A stretch of DNA of 64,000 bases from Roseateles depolymerans. Its GTDB lineage: Bacteria > Pseudomonadota > Gammaproteobacteria > Burkholderiales > Burkholderiaceae_C. Of this stretch, positions 11,367 through 20,760 are shown one piece after another. The stretch covers positions 88,912-152,911 of the forward strand of contig NZ_QUMT01000007.1 in NCBI RefSeq assembly GCF_003387155.1. The letters run 5' to 3'. The translations under genes were made by a program, and so were the position numbers. Under the pieces are notes generated by a model. The model did not search any database. It worked only from the letters and a program-made list of their open reading frames with translations, and was not told the DNA's origin. Within the stretch, counting starts at the first letter, position 1, and every line of letters starts with the position of its first letter.

Positions 11367-12401
11367 TCACTTCGCGCCGGGCACCGTTTCGACGGCGGCA
11401 TCGGCATCGGTCACAGCGCCAGCCGCCTCGGCTGCGCCGGTCGCCGCCGGCCGCCAGGTCGGGCACCCCGCGGCTGCGAGCCACGGGTCTTCGTCCTTGC
11501 CCCCGAACACCTCCAGCAGGAAGTCCAGGAACACCCGCGTGCGGGCCGGCATGAACTTGCGGCTGGGCATGGCGGCCCAGAGGGTGAAACTGTAGAGCCG
11601 CCACTGCGGCAGCACCCGCTCCAGCGCGTGCTCCATCAGCGCATCACCCGCCACGAACGAGGGAAGCCCCGCCACGCCCAGGCCATGCAGGGCGCAGGCA
11701 TATTTGGTGTCGGTGGAGGCGGTGGCCATGACCGGCCGGGAGGGGATGGTGAAGTAACTTTCCTGAGGCTCCCCGTCCGCGCCGCAGCGCTCGAAGGTCA
11801 CCCCGCGGGACATTTCATGCACCGGCGGCAGCATCAGCGCATGCTGCTTCAGCTCCGACGGATGCTGCGGACGCCCATGCCGGTTCAGGTATTCCGGGGA
11901 CGCGCACAAAATGACTTCAGTCCGGGCCAGCCGCCGGGCAATGAAATCGCCCTGCAGCTCTGCCCGGGTGCTGATCACCGTCAGGTCGAAACTCTCGTCC
12001 AGCGCGCTCACCGGCCCGGGCACCGCCAGCTCCAGCGTCACATGCGGATACCGCGCATGAAACCCCGCCATGTGCCGCGCCAGCTGATGCACCGCGATGG
12101 CCGGCGGCATCAGCACCCGCAGGTTGCCGCGCGGCTCGGTCACCGCGGCCGAGGCCAGGGCCTCGGCTTCTTCGATGTCCATCAGGATGCGCCGGCAGCG
12201 CTCCAGATAGGACTCGCCCACATCGGTGAGCGACAGGCGGCGGGTGGTGCGGTTGAGCAGCCGGGCGCCCAGATGCTCTTCCAGGTCGGCGATCAGCCGC
12301 GTGACCACGGCGGGGGCCAGGTCCAGGGCGCGGGCCGCGCCGGCGAGACTGCCTTCGTCGATGACGCGGGTGAACACCCGCATGGCTCTGACCTGGTCCA
12401 T
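11367..12401 (-). CDS. LysR family transcriptional regulator
   Basis: N-terminal HTH MDQVRAMRVFTRVIDEGSLAGAARALDLAPAVVTRLIADLEEHLGARLLNRTTRRLSLTDVGE, followed by a LysR substrate-binding domain. Confidence 0.85.
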   Translation of the reverse strand: MDQVRAMRVFTRVIDEGSLAGAARALDLAPAVVTRLIADLEEHLGARLLNRTTRRLSLTDVGESYLERCRRILMDIEEAEALASAAVTEPRGNLRVLMPPAIAVHQLARHMAGFHARYPHVTLELAVPGPVSALDESFDLTVISTRAELQGDFIARRLARTEVILCASPEYLNRHGRPQHPSELKQHALMLPPVHEMSRGVTFERCGADGEPQESYFTIPSRPVMATASTDTKYACALHGLGVAGLPSFVAGDALMEHALERVLPQWRLYSFTLWAAMPSRKFMPARTRVFLDFLLEVFGGKDEDPWLAAAGCPTWRPAATGAAEAAGAVTDADAAVETVPGAK

Positions 12402-12479
12402 GCCGCTCCTCTCACCGTTGCACCGCGCCGTCCCGCAGCAGGGACGGCCACGGGCTGACCCCGCCGCTGACCCTGCGGC

Positions 12480-13955
12480 TTACGGATGCGCGGCGATGAC
12501 CTGGGCGACGGCGGCGGTCAGGCGCTTGCCGTAAGGCACATGCAGGAACTCGTTGGGGCCGTGGGCATTGCTCTTGGGACCCAGCACACCGCAGACCATC
12601 ATCTGCGCAGCGGGGAAGCTCTTTTGCAGCATGCCCATCAGCGGAATCGTGCCGCCCTGCCCAATGTAGCCCACCGGCGCCTCGAAATGCGCCTGGCTGG
12701 CTTCTTCCAGCACCTGGCTGAGCCAGGGGGCCAGGTCGGGCGTGTTCCAGCCGTTGGCGCCAAAGGCACCCGCGCGGCCGTCCGGCACGAAGCTGACCTT
12801 GGCGTTGTAGGGCGCGTTGTCCTCCAGCAGGGCCTTCAGGCGCAGCGCCGCCTCGTTGCCGTCCACCAGCGGCGGCAGGCGCAGCGACAGCTTGAAGGCG
12901 GTGTAGGGACGCATCACATTGCCGGCGTTCTTCAGCTCGGGGAAGCCTTCGGCTCCCACGACCGACAGGGTCGGACGCCAGGTGCGGTTCAGCAGCACCT
13001 CCACCGGATCGGTGGTGACCGGCAGCACCGGGCCGCCGTCCGCGCCACAGGCCCAGGGCATGCGCTTGTAGACCTCGTCCTTGAGGATGGCGGCGGTGGC
13101 ACGGGCCTGCTCCAGGCGCGCACCGGGGATCTCGCAGTGGAAGCTCTCGGGCAGCAGGCGGCCGGTGGCAGAATCCTCCAGCCGGTCCAGCAGATGCCGC
13201 AGGATGCGGAAGGAGGACGGCACGGCGCCGGACGAGTCGCCGGAGTGGATGCCTTCGGTCAGCACTTCCACCTTCAGCACGCCGGAGACCATGCCCCGCA
13301 GCGAGGTGGTCATCCAGAGACGGTCGTAGTCGCCAGCGCCGGAGTCCAGGCAGACCACCAGCGAGACGGTGCCCAGGCGGTCCTTGAGCACGTCCACATA
13401 GGCGGGCAGGTCGAAGGAACCGGATTCCTCACAGGTCTCGATCAGGCCGACGCAGCGGGGGCGGGGCACGCCCTGGCGGTCCAGCGCCATCAGCGCCGTC
13501 AGCGAGGCGTAGATGGCATAACCATCGTCCGCGCCGCCACGGCCGTAGAGCTTGCCGTCCTCGTACTTGGGCGTCCAGGGGCCCAGGTCATTGCGCCAGC
13601 CGTTGAACTCGGGCTGCTTGTCCAGGTGGCCGTAGAGCAGCACGGTGTCGGTGCTGCCCGACTTGGTGGCCGGCAGCTCGAAGAAGATGACCGGCGTGCG
13701 GCCTTCCAGGCGGATGACTTCCAGCTTCAGGCCCGGCACCTTCTTGCTCTCCACCCAGCTGGCGGCGTCCCGCACCACGCGGTCGATGTAGCCATGCTGA
13801 GCCCAGTCGGCGTCGAACATCGGGCTCTTGGCCGGGATGGCGATGTAGTCCTTCAGGGCGGGGATGATTTCCTCATCCCAGACCTGTTCGGCAAATGCGC
13901 CCAGGGCGCTCACTTCATCGGCTTGCAGCGGCAACGACGGATCACGTGCGTTCAT
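12480..13955 (-). CDS. M20/M25/M40 family metallopeptidase (dipeptidase-like)
   Basis: Motifs LYGHLDKQP...GRGGADDG typical of M20. AGGAGCC Shine-Dalgarno before ATG 13955. 491 aa. Confidence 0.8.
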   Translation of the reverse strand: MNARDPSLPLQADEVSALGAFAEQVWDEEIIPALKDYIAIPAKSPMFDADWAQHGYIDRVVRDAASWVESKKVPGLKLEVIRLEGRTPVIFFELPATKSGSTDTVLLYGHLDKQPEFNGWRNDLGPWTPKYEDGKLYGRGGADDGYAIYASLTALMALDRQGVPRPRCVGLIETCEESGSFDLPAYVDVLKDRLGTVSLVVCLDSGAGDYDRLWMTTSLRGMVSGVLKVEVLTEGIHSGDSSGAVPSSFRILRHLLDRLEDSATGRLLPESFHCEIPGARLEQARATAAILKDEVYKRMPWACGADGGPVLPVTTDPVEVLLNRTWRPTLSVVGAEGFPELKNAGNVMRPYTAFKLSLRLPPLVDGNEAALRLKALLEDNAPYNAKVSFVPDGRAGAFGANGWNTPDLAPWLSQVLEEASQAHFEAPVGYIGQGGTIPLMGMLQKSFPAAQMMVCGVLGPKSNAHGPNEFLHVPYGKRLTAAVAQVIAAHP

Positions 13956-14003
13956 GAGAGGCTCCTGCGCGGCCGGTGCGGCCGCCTTGGTCAGAGGGGG
14001 ATT

Positions 14004-14888
14004 CTAGAAGCGGGCGGCCAGCCAGGATTTCAGGCGGTCAAAGACCTGGTCCTGCTCCGGCTCGTTGAAGATCTCGTGGAACAGCGGCTCGAACCATTCG
14101 GCCTCGACGCCGGACCCGTCCCCGCTCTTGCGGGCGGCGGCCGCGAAGCTGGCGCTGCCGGCCGGGGCGACGCAGCGGTCCGCCCCCGCCCACATCAGCA
14201 GCGTGGGGACCGGCCAGCGCGCTGCATACCCCATCAAGGACGGACCGGTATCGGCCAGCATCTTGGCCAGCATGGGGGTGATGCGGTTGTGCACCAGCGG
14301 GTCGTCCTTGTAGGCCTCGACCACGGCCGGATCCCGGGACAGCCAGGCCGGATTCAGCCCATTGCCCACCGCCACGTGCGGCACCAGCGGCAGCGTGGTG
14401 GCCAGCAGGCCGCGCTGGACCAGGGACATGCCCACGTCCAGCGCCGGTGAGCTGAGCACCAGCCCGTCCACCAGGCGCGACCATTCAGTCGGCACCAGCG
14501 CCCCGGCCACGAAGCTGGCGGCCACCGCGCCGCCCATGCTGTGGCCCAGCAGCACCAGCGGGCCCTGGTTCATGCGGGCGTCGCTGCGCACCGCGTCGAT
14601 GGCGCAGGACAGGTCCCGCTGCAGGCTGTCCGCTTCCGGAATATCCCCGCGGGCGCCACCGGACGCGCCGTGGCCGCGCTGGTCATACCCCACCACATGC
14701 CAGCCCCAGGCATTCAGGCGCCGGGCCACGTGGGCATAACGGCCAATGTGCTCGCCAAGGCCGTGAACGATCAAAAGGGTGCCCTGCGGACGCTGGGCGG
14801 GGTCAGCGCCCCACTCCCGCCAATGCAGGGGCAGGCCGTCATGGCCGGTCAGTGTTCTCATAAGCGGAAGTGTAGGATCCCTGACCAT
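14004..14888 (-). CDS. Alpha/beta hydrolase (lysophospholipase-like)
   Basis: HGLGEH...GHSMGG nucleophile-elbow motifs. The ORF-track N-terminus (to 15119) is non-protein-like. Start taken as ATG 14888 (MVRDPTLPL...) or 14861 (MRTLTGHDG...). Confidence 0.7.
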   Translation of the reverse strand: MVRDPTLPLMRTLTGHDGLPLHWREWGADPAQRPQGTLLIVHGLGEHIGRYAHVARRLNAWGWHVVGYDQRGHGASGGARGDIPEADSLQRDLSCAIDAVRSDARMNQGPLVLLGHSMGGAVAASFVAGALVPTEWSRLVDGLVLSSPALDVGMSLVQRGLLATTLPLVPHVAVGNGLNPAWLSRDPAVVEAYKDDPLVHNRITPMLAKMLADTGPSLMGYAARWPVPTLLMWAGADRCVAPAGSASFAAAARKSGDGSGVEAEWFEPLFHEIFNEPEQDQVFDRLKSWLAARF

Positions 14889-15000
14889 GGGTCCGTCACC
14901 TTCCAATCGCTCCAAGACTACAGTTTCGCCCAGTGATGGTCCGGATGGGCAGGCGGCGGCCCTCCCGTCCGAGGGGGCCGACGAAGCGCCGGAGGTCCAG

Positions 15001-15957
15001 TTGCATCCGCCCGACCTGAGTCCCTGGCGGGACGGCGGCACCGGCGTGGACCATGTCCACCTGCGCGACTCCGGCCGCCCGGGCCCGACAGTGATGCTCG
15101 TGGCCCTGACCCACGGCAACGAGCTGTGCGGCGCCCTGGCGCTGGACTGGCTGCTGCGGCAGGACGTGCGTCCGCGCCAGGGCCGCCTGGTGCTGGCCTT
15201 TGCGAATGTGCAGGCCTTTGAACGCTTCGATCCGGCTCAGCCGTTTGCATCCCGCTATGTGGACGAAGACCTGAACCGGGTATGGGGCGACGCCGTGCTG
15301 CGCGGTCCGCGGACCTCGGCCGAGCTGCATCGCGCCCGGGCGCTGCGCCCCTTCGTGGACGGCGCCGACCTGCTGCTGGACCTGCATTCGATGCAGGAAC
15401 CCGGCGCGCCGGCCCTGACCATCTGCGGCATGACCGACAAGAGCGTCCCACTGGCCCGCGCGCTGGGCCAGCCGTCCACCCTGCTGGTGGACACCGGACA
15501 TGCCGCCGGGCTGCGTCTGATCGACCGCGGCGGCTTTGCCGACCCGGCCAGCCCCCGCCAGGCGGTGCTGGTGGAATGCGGCGCGCATTGGGAAGCCGCC
15601 TCGGCCGACATGGCGCTGGATGTCAGCCTGCGCTTCCTGCGCCACACCGGCATGGTGCCGGCCGATTGGGCCGACGCCCACCTGCGCTGCCCCGCACCGC
15701 CGCGCCAGCGCCTGGTGCGGGTGGGCCAGGGGGTCACGGCCCGCAGCCATGCGTTCCGCTTCACCCGGCCGGTCCATCATCTGATGGAGATTCCGCACGC
15801 CGGCACGCTGCTGGCGGAGGACGACGGCGAGCGCTGGATCACCCCGCACGACCACTGCGTGCTGATCATGCCGATGCTGCGCGCAGGCCGGGCCGGCCAG
15901 ACGATGGTGCGGCTGGGTCGCTACGAGGACCTGCCGGTCACTGCCGGTCGAACTTGA
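15001..15957 (+). CDS. Succinylglutamate desuccinylase / aspartoacylase (AstE/AspA) family zinc hydrolase
   Basis: TVMLVALTHGNELCG zinc-binding motif and conserved downstream histidines. Start uncertain: TTG 15001 has a GGAGG Shine-Dalgarno 5 nt upstream. ATG 14887 would overlap the divergent hydrolase start and has low GC3 for its first ~20 codons. Confidence 0.6.
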   Translation: MHPPDLSPWRDGGTGVDHVHLRDSGRPGPTVMLVALTHGNELCGALALDWLLRQDVRPRQGRLVLAFANVQAFERFDPAQPFASRYVDEDLNRVWGDAVLRGPRTSAELHRARALRPFVDGADLLLDLHSMQEPGAPALTICGMTDKSVPLARALGQPSTLLVDTGHAAGLRLIDRGGFADPASPRQAVLVECGAHWEAASADMALDVSLRFLRHTGMVPADWADAHLRCPAPPRQRLVRVGQGVTARSHAFRFTRPVHHLMEIPHAGTLLAEDDGERWITPHDHCVLIMPMLRAGRAGQTMVRLGRYEDLPVTAGRT

Positions 15958-16522
15958 ACACCGCCATGCTGGCGCGCAGGTTGGGCAGCGTGCGTACCGC
16001 CCGGCCGGCCTGTACGCCGAAGCTGTCCAGCACCCGCAGGCCACATTTGCGGGCCAGCACCTCGAAGTCGGCATAGGTGCCGACGCGGATGTTGGGCGTG
16101 TCATACCACTGGTAGGGCAGCACCCGGGTCACCGGCATGCGTCCGGTGAGCACCTGCAGGCGGTTGGGCCAGTGCGCGAAGTTGGGGAAGCTGACGATGC
16201 CGATGCGCCCCACCCGCGCGGTCTCACGCAGCATGGCTTCGGTGTTGCGCAGGTTCTGCAGCGTCTCCAGCTGCAGCACCACGTCGAAGCTCTGGTCCTC
16301 GAAGATGGCCAGGCCTTCTTCCAGGTTGAGCTGGATCACATTCACCCCGCGCTGGGCACAGGCCAGCACGTTGCTGTCGTTGAGCTCCACCCCGTATCCG
16401 GTGCAGCCCTTGGTGGCCTGCAGATGGGCCAGCAACTCCCCCGTGCCGCAGCCCAGGTCCAGCACGCGGGACCCGGCGGGCACCAGGTCCGCGATCATCT
16501 GCATCACGGCGCGGTCACTCAT
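15938..16522 (-). CDS. metW: Methionine biosynthesis protein MetW
   Basis: From ATG 16522: [31 protein letters not shown]. Overlaps the metX stop (ATGA). The ORF-track N-extension was rejected. Confidence 0.85.
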   Translation of the reverse strand: MSDRAVMQMIADLVPAGSRVLDLGCGTGELLAHLQATKGCTGYGVELNDSNVLACAQRGVNVIQLNLEEGLAIFEDQSFDVVLQLETLQNLRNTEAMLRETARVGRIGIVSFPNFAHWPNRLQVLTGRMPVTRVLPYQWYDTPNIRVGTYADFEVLARKCGLRVLDSFGVQAGRAVRTLPNLRASMAVFKFDRQ

Positions 16523-17661
16523 GCCCGGCCTCCCTGGAACTCGTTGGCAATGCGGTCGAAATAGGCTTTCAGGACGCCGTGATAGCGCGGATCGTCCAGC
16601 AGGAAGGCATCGTGGCCATGGGGCGCGTCGATCTCCGCATAGGACACGTCGCGGCGGTTGTCCAGCAGCGCCTTGACGATCTCGCGGGAGCGGGCCGGCG
16701 AGAAGCGCCAGTCCGTGGTGAAGCTCACCACCAGAAACTTGCACAGCGCGCTGGCGAAAGTGCGGCTGAGGTCATTGCCATGGGCGCGGGCGGGGTCGAA
16801 GTAGTCCAGCGCCCGGGTGATCAGCAGATAGGTGTTGGCATCGAAGTATTCGCTGAACTTGTCGCCCTGATAGCGCAGGTAGCTCTCGATCTGGAATTCG
16901 ATGTCGTGGGTGGAATAGCCCAGCTCGGCGGCGCGCATCTGGCGGCCGAATTTCTGCTCCATCACATCGTCGCTGAGGTAGGTGATGTGGCCGATCATGC
17001 GGGCCACCCGCAGCCCACGCCGCGGCACCACGCCGTGTTCGTAGAAGAAGCCGTCGTGGAATTCCGGGTCGGTGATGATGGCGCGGCGGGCCACTTCGTT
17101 GAAGGCGATGTTCTGCGCCGACAGGCTCGGGGCCGTGGCCACCGCGATGCAGTGGCGCATGCGCTCCGGATACCGCAGCGACCAGTCCAGCGCCTGCATG
17201 CCGCCCAGCGACCCGCCCAGCACGGCCGCCAGCTGCTGGATGCCGAAGCGGTCCAGCACGCGAGCCTGGGCATCGACCCAGTCATGCACCGTGACCACCG
17301 GGAAGTCGGCCCCGTACACCCGGCCGGTGGCGGGATTCAGGTGCATCGGCCCGGTCGAGCCGAAGCAGGACCCCAGGTTGTTGATGCCGATGACAAAGAA
17401 CTTGTCGGTATCCAGCGGCTTGCCGGGGCCGACCAGGTTGTCCCACCAGCCTTCGCTCTTGTCCACGCCCGCATAGGTGCCGGCAATGTGGTGGCTGGCA
17501 TTGAGCGCATGACAGACCAGCACCGCATTGGAGCGGTCCGCATTGAGCTCGCCATAGGTTTCGACCATCAGCTCGTAATCGGCGATGCTGGCCCCGCTGC
17601 GCAGCGGCAGGGGCTGGTCGAACAGGAGTCGCTGCGGTGTGACGTCACCGACGGAACCCAT
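16519..17661 (-). CDS. metX: Homoserine O-acyltransferase MetX (O-succinyl/acetyl-transferase)
   Basis: From ATG 17661: [40 protein letters not shown]..., alpha/beta-hydrolase fold with [10 protein letters not shown]. The upstream 20 codons of the ORF-track entry are leader sequence. Confidence 0.9.
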   Translation of the reverse strand: MGSVGDVTPQRLLFDQPLPLRSGASIADYELMVETYGELNADRSNAVLVCHALNASHHIAGTYAGVDKSEGWWDNLVGPGKPLDTDKFFVIGINNLGSCFGSTGPMHLNPATGRVYGADFPVVTVHDWVDAQARVLDRFGIQQLAAVLGGSLGGMQALDWSLRYPERMRHCIAVATAPSLSAQNIAFNEVARRAIITDPEFHDGFFYEHGVVPRRGLRVARMIGHITYLSDDVMEQKFGRQMRAAELGYSTHDIEFQIESYLRYQGDKFSEYFDANTYLLITRALDYFDPARAHGNDLSRTFASALCKFLVVSFTTDWRFSPARSREIVKALLDNRRDVSYAEIDAPHGHDAFLLDDPRYHGVLKAYFDRIANEFQGGRA

Positions 17662-17678
17662 AAAACACCTCATCCAAC

Positions 17679-17717
17679 AAAAAACCCGGCGCCGCTGCTT
17701 GAAGCGGAACACCGGGT
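17679..17717 (-). terminator. Compound hairpin followed by U6, ~18 nt upstream of the metX start (leader attenuator / expression platform)
   Basis: Minus-strand RNA: acccggtgttCCGCTtcaagcAGCGGcgccgggt-tttttt, then gttggatgaggtgtttt-ATG. Confidence 0.55.
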
Positions 17718-17744
17718 GCATCGCGCGGGGCGCTTGTCGGTTGT

Positions 17745-17797
17745 CCCCCTTTAGCTGAACTTTTTAGGCGCCCGCAAGCCGGACAAATCGGCGCCGG
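17745..17797 (-). ncRNA. Candidate SAM-II riboswitch in the metX leader
   Basis: Minus-strand RNA GCCGAUUUGUCCGGCUUGCGGGCGCCUAAAAAGUUCAGCUAAAGG contains the SAM-II hallmark blocks CGAUUU, GGCUUG and AAAAAG..GCUAAAG as recalled from memory of the family. Not verified with a covariance model. Confidence 0.4.
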
Positions 17798-17838
17798 TAA
17801 AAAGTATACCCGGGCGCTGCGGTGCTGCGGGAGGGGCC

Positions 17839-18513
17839 TCAGCGGTGGGGAGCCGAATGGTGCATCACCTGACCCAGGGAATGAGCGCCGGGCGCGTAGG
17901 CGGACATGGCCGCGCCCACGATCATCAGGAACACGGCCGTGCCGATGAAGGGCCAGAGGGTGCGGCGGAAGGCGCTGGCGATCCAGTGCCGGCGGTCCTG
18001 CTTGCGCAGGCGGCGCAGCAGCACATAGGACAGGGCCCCGTCGAGCAGGACTTCGGCAAACAGCACCGGGGCGATGTAGACGATGTAGAGCGACGCCACC
18101 GCGATGCCAACCGCCAGGGCGATGACCACCAGGGGAATGGTGAACTCATCGGCATCGGTGACGGCTTCGGCCGCGTCCTTGACGGCTCCCAGCGAGGAGC
18201 CGCCCGGAACCTCCGTTGGCGCCGACGGCCCGTCGAAACTGCCGGAGGCCCCGCCTCCCCCGAAGTCCCCGCCACCGCCGCTGAAGTCGGCAAAGCCGGA
18301 GCTGCGGCCGGGCAGCAGGTCGGTGAGGTCGGGGGCGTCGAGGTAGTCCTGCGCATTGCTCCTCAGCCAGAGCCAGATGAGGAACAGGAAAAAGACATAG
18401 GCACAGGCCAGGGCCAGCGGATACCGCAGCGCCATCGCGTCCACGCCCAGATGCAGCAGCACAAAGGACGACAGCAGGCCGAAACCGCCGGTGAGCGAGA
18501 CCAGCAGGATCAT
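17839..18513 (-). CDS. Hypothetical integral membrane protein (4 predicted TM helices, internal Gly-rich linker)
   Basis: From ATG 18513: MILLVSLTGGFGLLSSFVLLHLGVDAMALRYPLALACAYVFFLFLIWLWL...GGGGDFGGGGASGSFDG...IPLVVIALAVGIAVASLYIVYIAPVLF. The ORF-track upstream extension overlaps the + gene at 18728 and is not protein-like. Confidence 0.55.
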   Translation of the reverse strand: MILLVSLTGGFGLLSSFVLLHLGVDAMALRYPLALACAYVFFLFLIWLWLRSNAQDYLDAPDLTDLLPGRSSGFADFSGGGGDFGGGGASGSFDGPSAPTEVPGGSSLGAVKDAAEAVTDADEFTIPLVVIALAVGIAVASLYIVYIAPVLFAEVLLDGALSYVLLRRLRKQDRRHWIASAFRRTLWPFIGTAVFLMIVGAAMSAYAPGAHSLGQVMHHSAPHR

Positions 18514-18727
18514 CTGCAGGCGGGGGAAGGAATCCCGGACGAGGCGCTCTTTCAGGAGTTCAACGGCGTGGGCGCGGCGGGAGGCGGGAGTGGGTCGCAA
18601 GATCAACGGCGAGTGGCAGGTGGAAGGGCGGGCCGGCAGATGACTTTGGTGATGGGACGCCGTCCCCGTTTTTCCGACACCATGGCATAAATTTCTCCCC
18701 AACCGGCATTGAAGTGAAGAGGCTTTC

Positions 18728-19399
18728 GTGAAGAAGTGGTGTCTGCTGTCCCTACTGCCTCTGTTGTGCCTCACCCCCACGGCCCAGGCGGCGCAGCACG
18801 CCGAATTGGGATGCCAGCGCCTGCGCATTGACCTGGACCCAGCGCTCACCGAGGAAGCGGTGGAGCGCGAGTGGCAAAGCGGCGAGCCTCGCAAGGAGCG
18901 TCCGGCCTCGTTGCAGTGGGTCGGGTGCGACGGCCAGGTGCTGTCGCAACTGCCGCTGGCCGCGCCATTGGCCCGGCTGGATCCTCGCCCGCTGCGGGGC
19001 GCCTCCCATCCGACCTTCCTGGTGTCGGCCGACCTCACGCAGGAAGCCGGCAGCTACAACGGGCCCTTGACCACCGCGATGGAGGTGGTGTCGAACCGCT
19101 TGCAAGTGGTCATGGTGCGACCGGCCGGCGGCAAGGGGCGGACCGTCCCCCTCCAGCTGACCCAGACCTTGAAGTCCTCGTGGAAGCGGGTGGATGACGG
19201 CCAGGGGGAAGCGCTGCTGGCCGTGCGCAGCCAGCCGTCGGAGGGACGCTTCACCACGACGTTCTCTCGCTATGACCTGAGCCGTGGCCACTGGCGCGTC
19301 ACCTCGCGGACCCAGCAGGGCCTGTGGGAGTCGGACGCCGACTTCCCGGCGGACACGGCCTTTCCAGCGTCTCCCCGACCCGCTGCCGCCGACCGGTAA
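18728..19399 (+). CDS. Hypothetical secreted protein (signal peptide MKKWCLLSLLPLLCLTPTAQAA)
   Basis: GTG start preceded by GAAGAGG Shine-Dalgarno. High GC3 throughout. 223 aa. No recognisable domain. Confidence 0.6.
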   Translation: MKKWCLLSLLPLLCLTPTAQAAQHAELGCQRLRIDLDPALTEEAVEREWQSGEPRKERPASLQWVGCDGQVLSQLPLAAPLARLDPRPLRGASHPTFLVSADLTQEAGSYNGPLTTAMEVVSNRLQVVMVRPAGGKGRTVPLQLTQTLKSSWKRVDDGQGEALLAVRSQPSEGRFTTTFSRYDLSRGHWRVTSRTQQGLWESDADFPADTAFPASPRPAAADR

Positions 19400-19487
19400 G
19401 CACCGCCCCCGACATCATCAAGGTGATCGATGGTCACGAGGACCTGACGGGCGTAGGCTCGAGATCTTCCGTGGACAGGAGACGGAC

Positions 19488-20615
19488 ATGCCACTGAATG
19501 CCGCTTCGCGCGAAAAAGGCATCGGCCTGGCGCTCTCCGGCGGCGGCTTCCGTGCCGTGCTGTTCCATGTCGGCGTGCTGTGGCGGCTCAATGAGCTCGG
19601 CATCCTGGGCCGGCTGGATCGGGTCTCCAGCATCTCCGGCGGCTCCATCACCCTGGGTGTGGTCGCCACCCGCTGGAGCCAACTCGCGTTCGACGGCGAG
19701 CAGCGCGCGCAGAGGTTCGACGCCGAAGTGGTGCAGCCCTTGCGCGACTTCTGCAGCCGCAACATCGACGTGAGTTCGGTCATCACCGGTGCGCTGAACC
19801 CGTTCCGCTCCGCTGGCGACGTCGTCGCCCAGGCCTACCGCAAGCATCTCGGGCTGGGTGTCTCCCTGCAGACCCTGCCCGACCACCCGCGCTTCGTCTT
19901 CAACGCCACCAACTACGCCACCGGCGTCAGCTTCCGCTTCTCCAAACCCTTTGCCGGCGACTACCGCATCGGCCTCATCCCCAACCCGGGCTTTGACGTC
20001 GCCACCGCGGTCTGCTGCTCCAGCGCCTTCCCGCCGGTCCTCGGCCCGATCGAACTGGAAGTGAAACCGGAAGACTTCACCCGGGTTGAAGGGGCCGACC
20101 TGTATGACGAGATCGACTTCCGTCGCCGCCTTCCGCTGGGGGATGGCGGGGTCTACGACAACCTGGGCCTGGAAACCGTCTGGGGACGGTACGAGGACAT
20201 CCTGGTCAGCGATGCCGGCAAGCCCTTCGACATCGATGCAGGCGTGGGCACCGTGGCTCCGCGGCAGTTGCTGCGGACCATGGACATCGGACTGAACCAG
20301 GCCCTGGCCCTGCGCAAGCGGATGCTTATCGCCGCCTATGAGCGCGGAGACGCCCGCGGTGCATTCTGGGCCATCAACGGCAATCCCGCCGACTATCCGG
20401 CCATGGAGCTGCCCGGCCTGCCGGTGGCTGCGGAGCGCATCAAGGACCTTGCCGCCATCCGCACCCGGCTGGACCGGTTCAAGGAGCAGGAGCAGTGCGA
20501 ACTCATCAACTGGGGCTACGCCATCAGCGATGTCGCGATCCGCTCCCGCGCATCGCACCTGGCGTTCCGGACGCAGGCGCCGGCATGGCCGTATCCAGGC
20601 CACGCGCTCGGCTGA
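19488..20615 (+). CDS. Patatin-like phospholipase (PNPLA family)
   Basis: From ATG 19488 (AGGAGA Shine-Dalgarno): MPLNAASREKGIGLALSGGGFRAVLFHVGVLWRL...SSISGGSITLG. Oxyanion GGGFR motif and catalytic GxSxG (SGGS), with a DGG motif later. Confidence 0.85.
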   Translation: MPLNAASREKGIGLALSGGGFRAVLFHVGVLWRLNELGILGRLDRVSSISGGSITLGVVATRWSQLAFDGEQRAQRFDAEVVQPLRDFCSRNIDVSSVITGALNPFRSAGDVVAQAYRKHLGLGVSLQTLPDHPRFVFNATNYATGVSFRFSKPFAGDYRIGLIPNPGFDVATAVCCSSAFPPVLGPIELEVKPEDFTRVEGADLYDEIDFRRRLPLGDGGVYDNLGLETVWGRYEDILVSDAGKPFDIDAGVGTVAPRQLLRTMDIGLNQALALRKRMLIAAYERGDARGAFWAINGNPADYPAMELPGLPVAAERIKDLAAIRTRLDRFKEQEQCELINWGYAISDVAIRSRASHLAFRTQAPAWPYPGHALG

Positions 20616-20618
20616 GGC

Positions 20619-20716
20619 TGCACGACGCGCCACGGCACTGCACTGCACTGCACGGCACGGCACGGCACGGCGCAGTACAGCACGGCACGGCGCGGCACGA
20701 CACGACACGACACGAC
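20619..20716. repeat. Pentanucleotide microsatellite, ~20 degenerate units of GCACG/GCACT/ACACG, between patatin and MBL genes
   Basis: ...gcact gcact gcact gcacg gcacg gcacg gcacg ... acacg acacg acacg... seen directly. Confidence 0.7.
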
Positions 20717-20760
20717 CATGAGCCAAGGCACAAGCATGGCCCCGCGTACGAAGCACCGCC

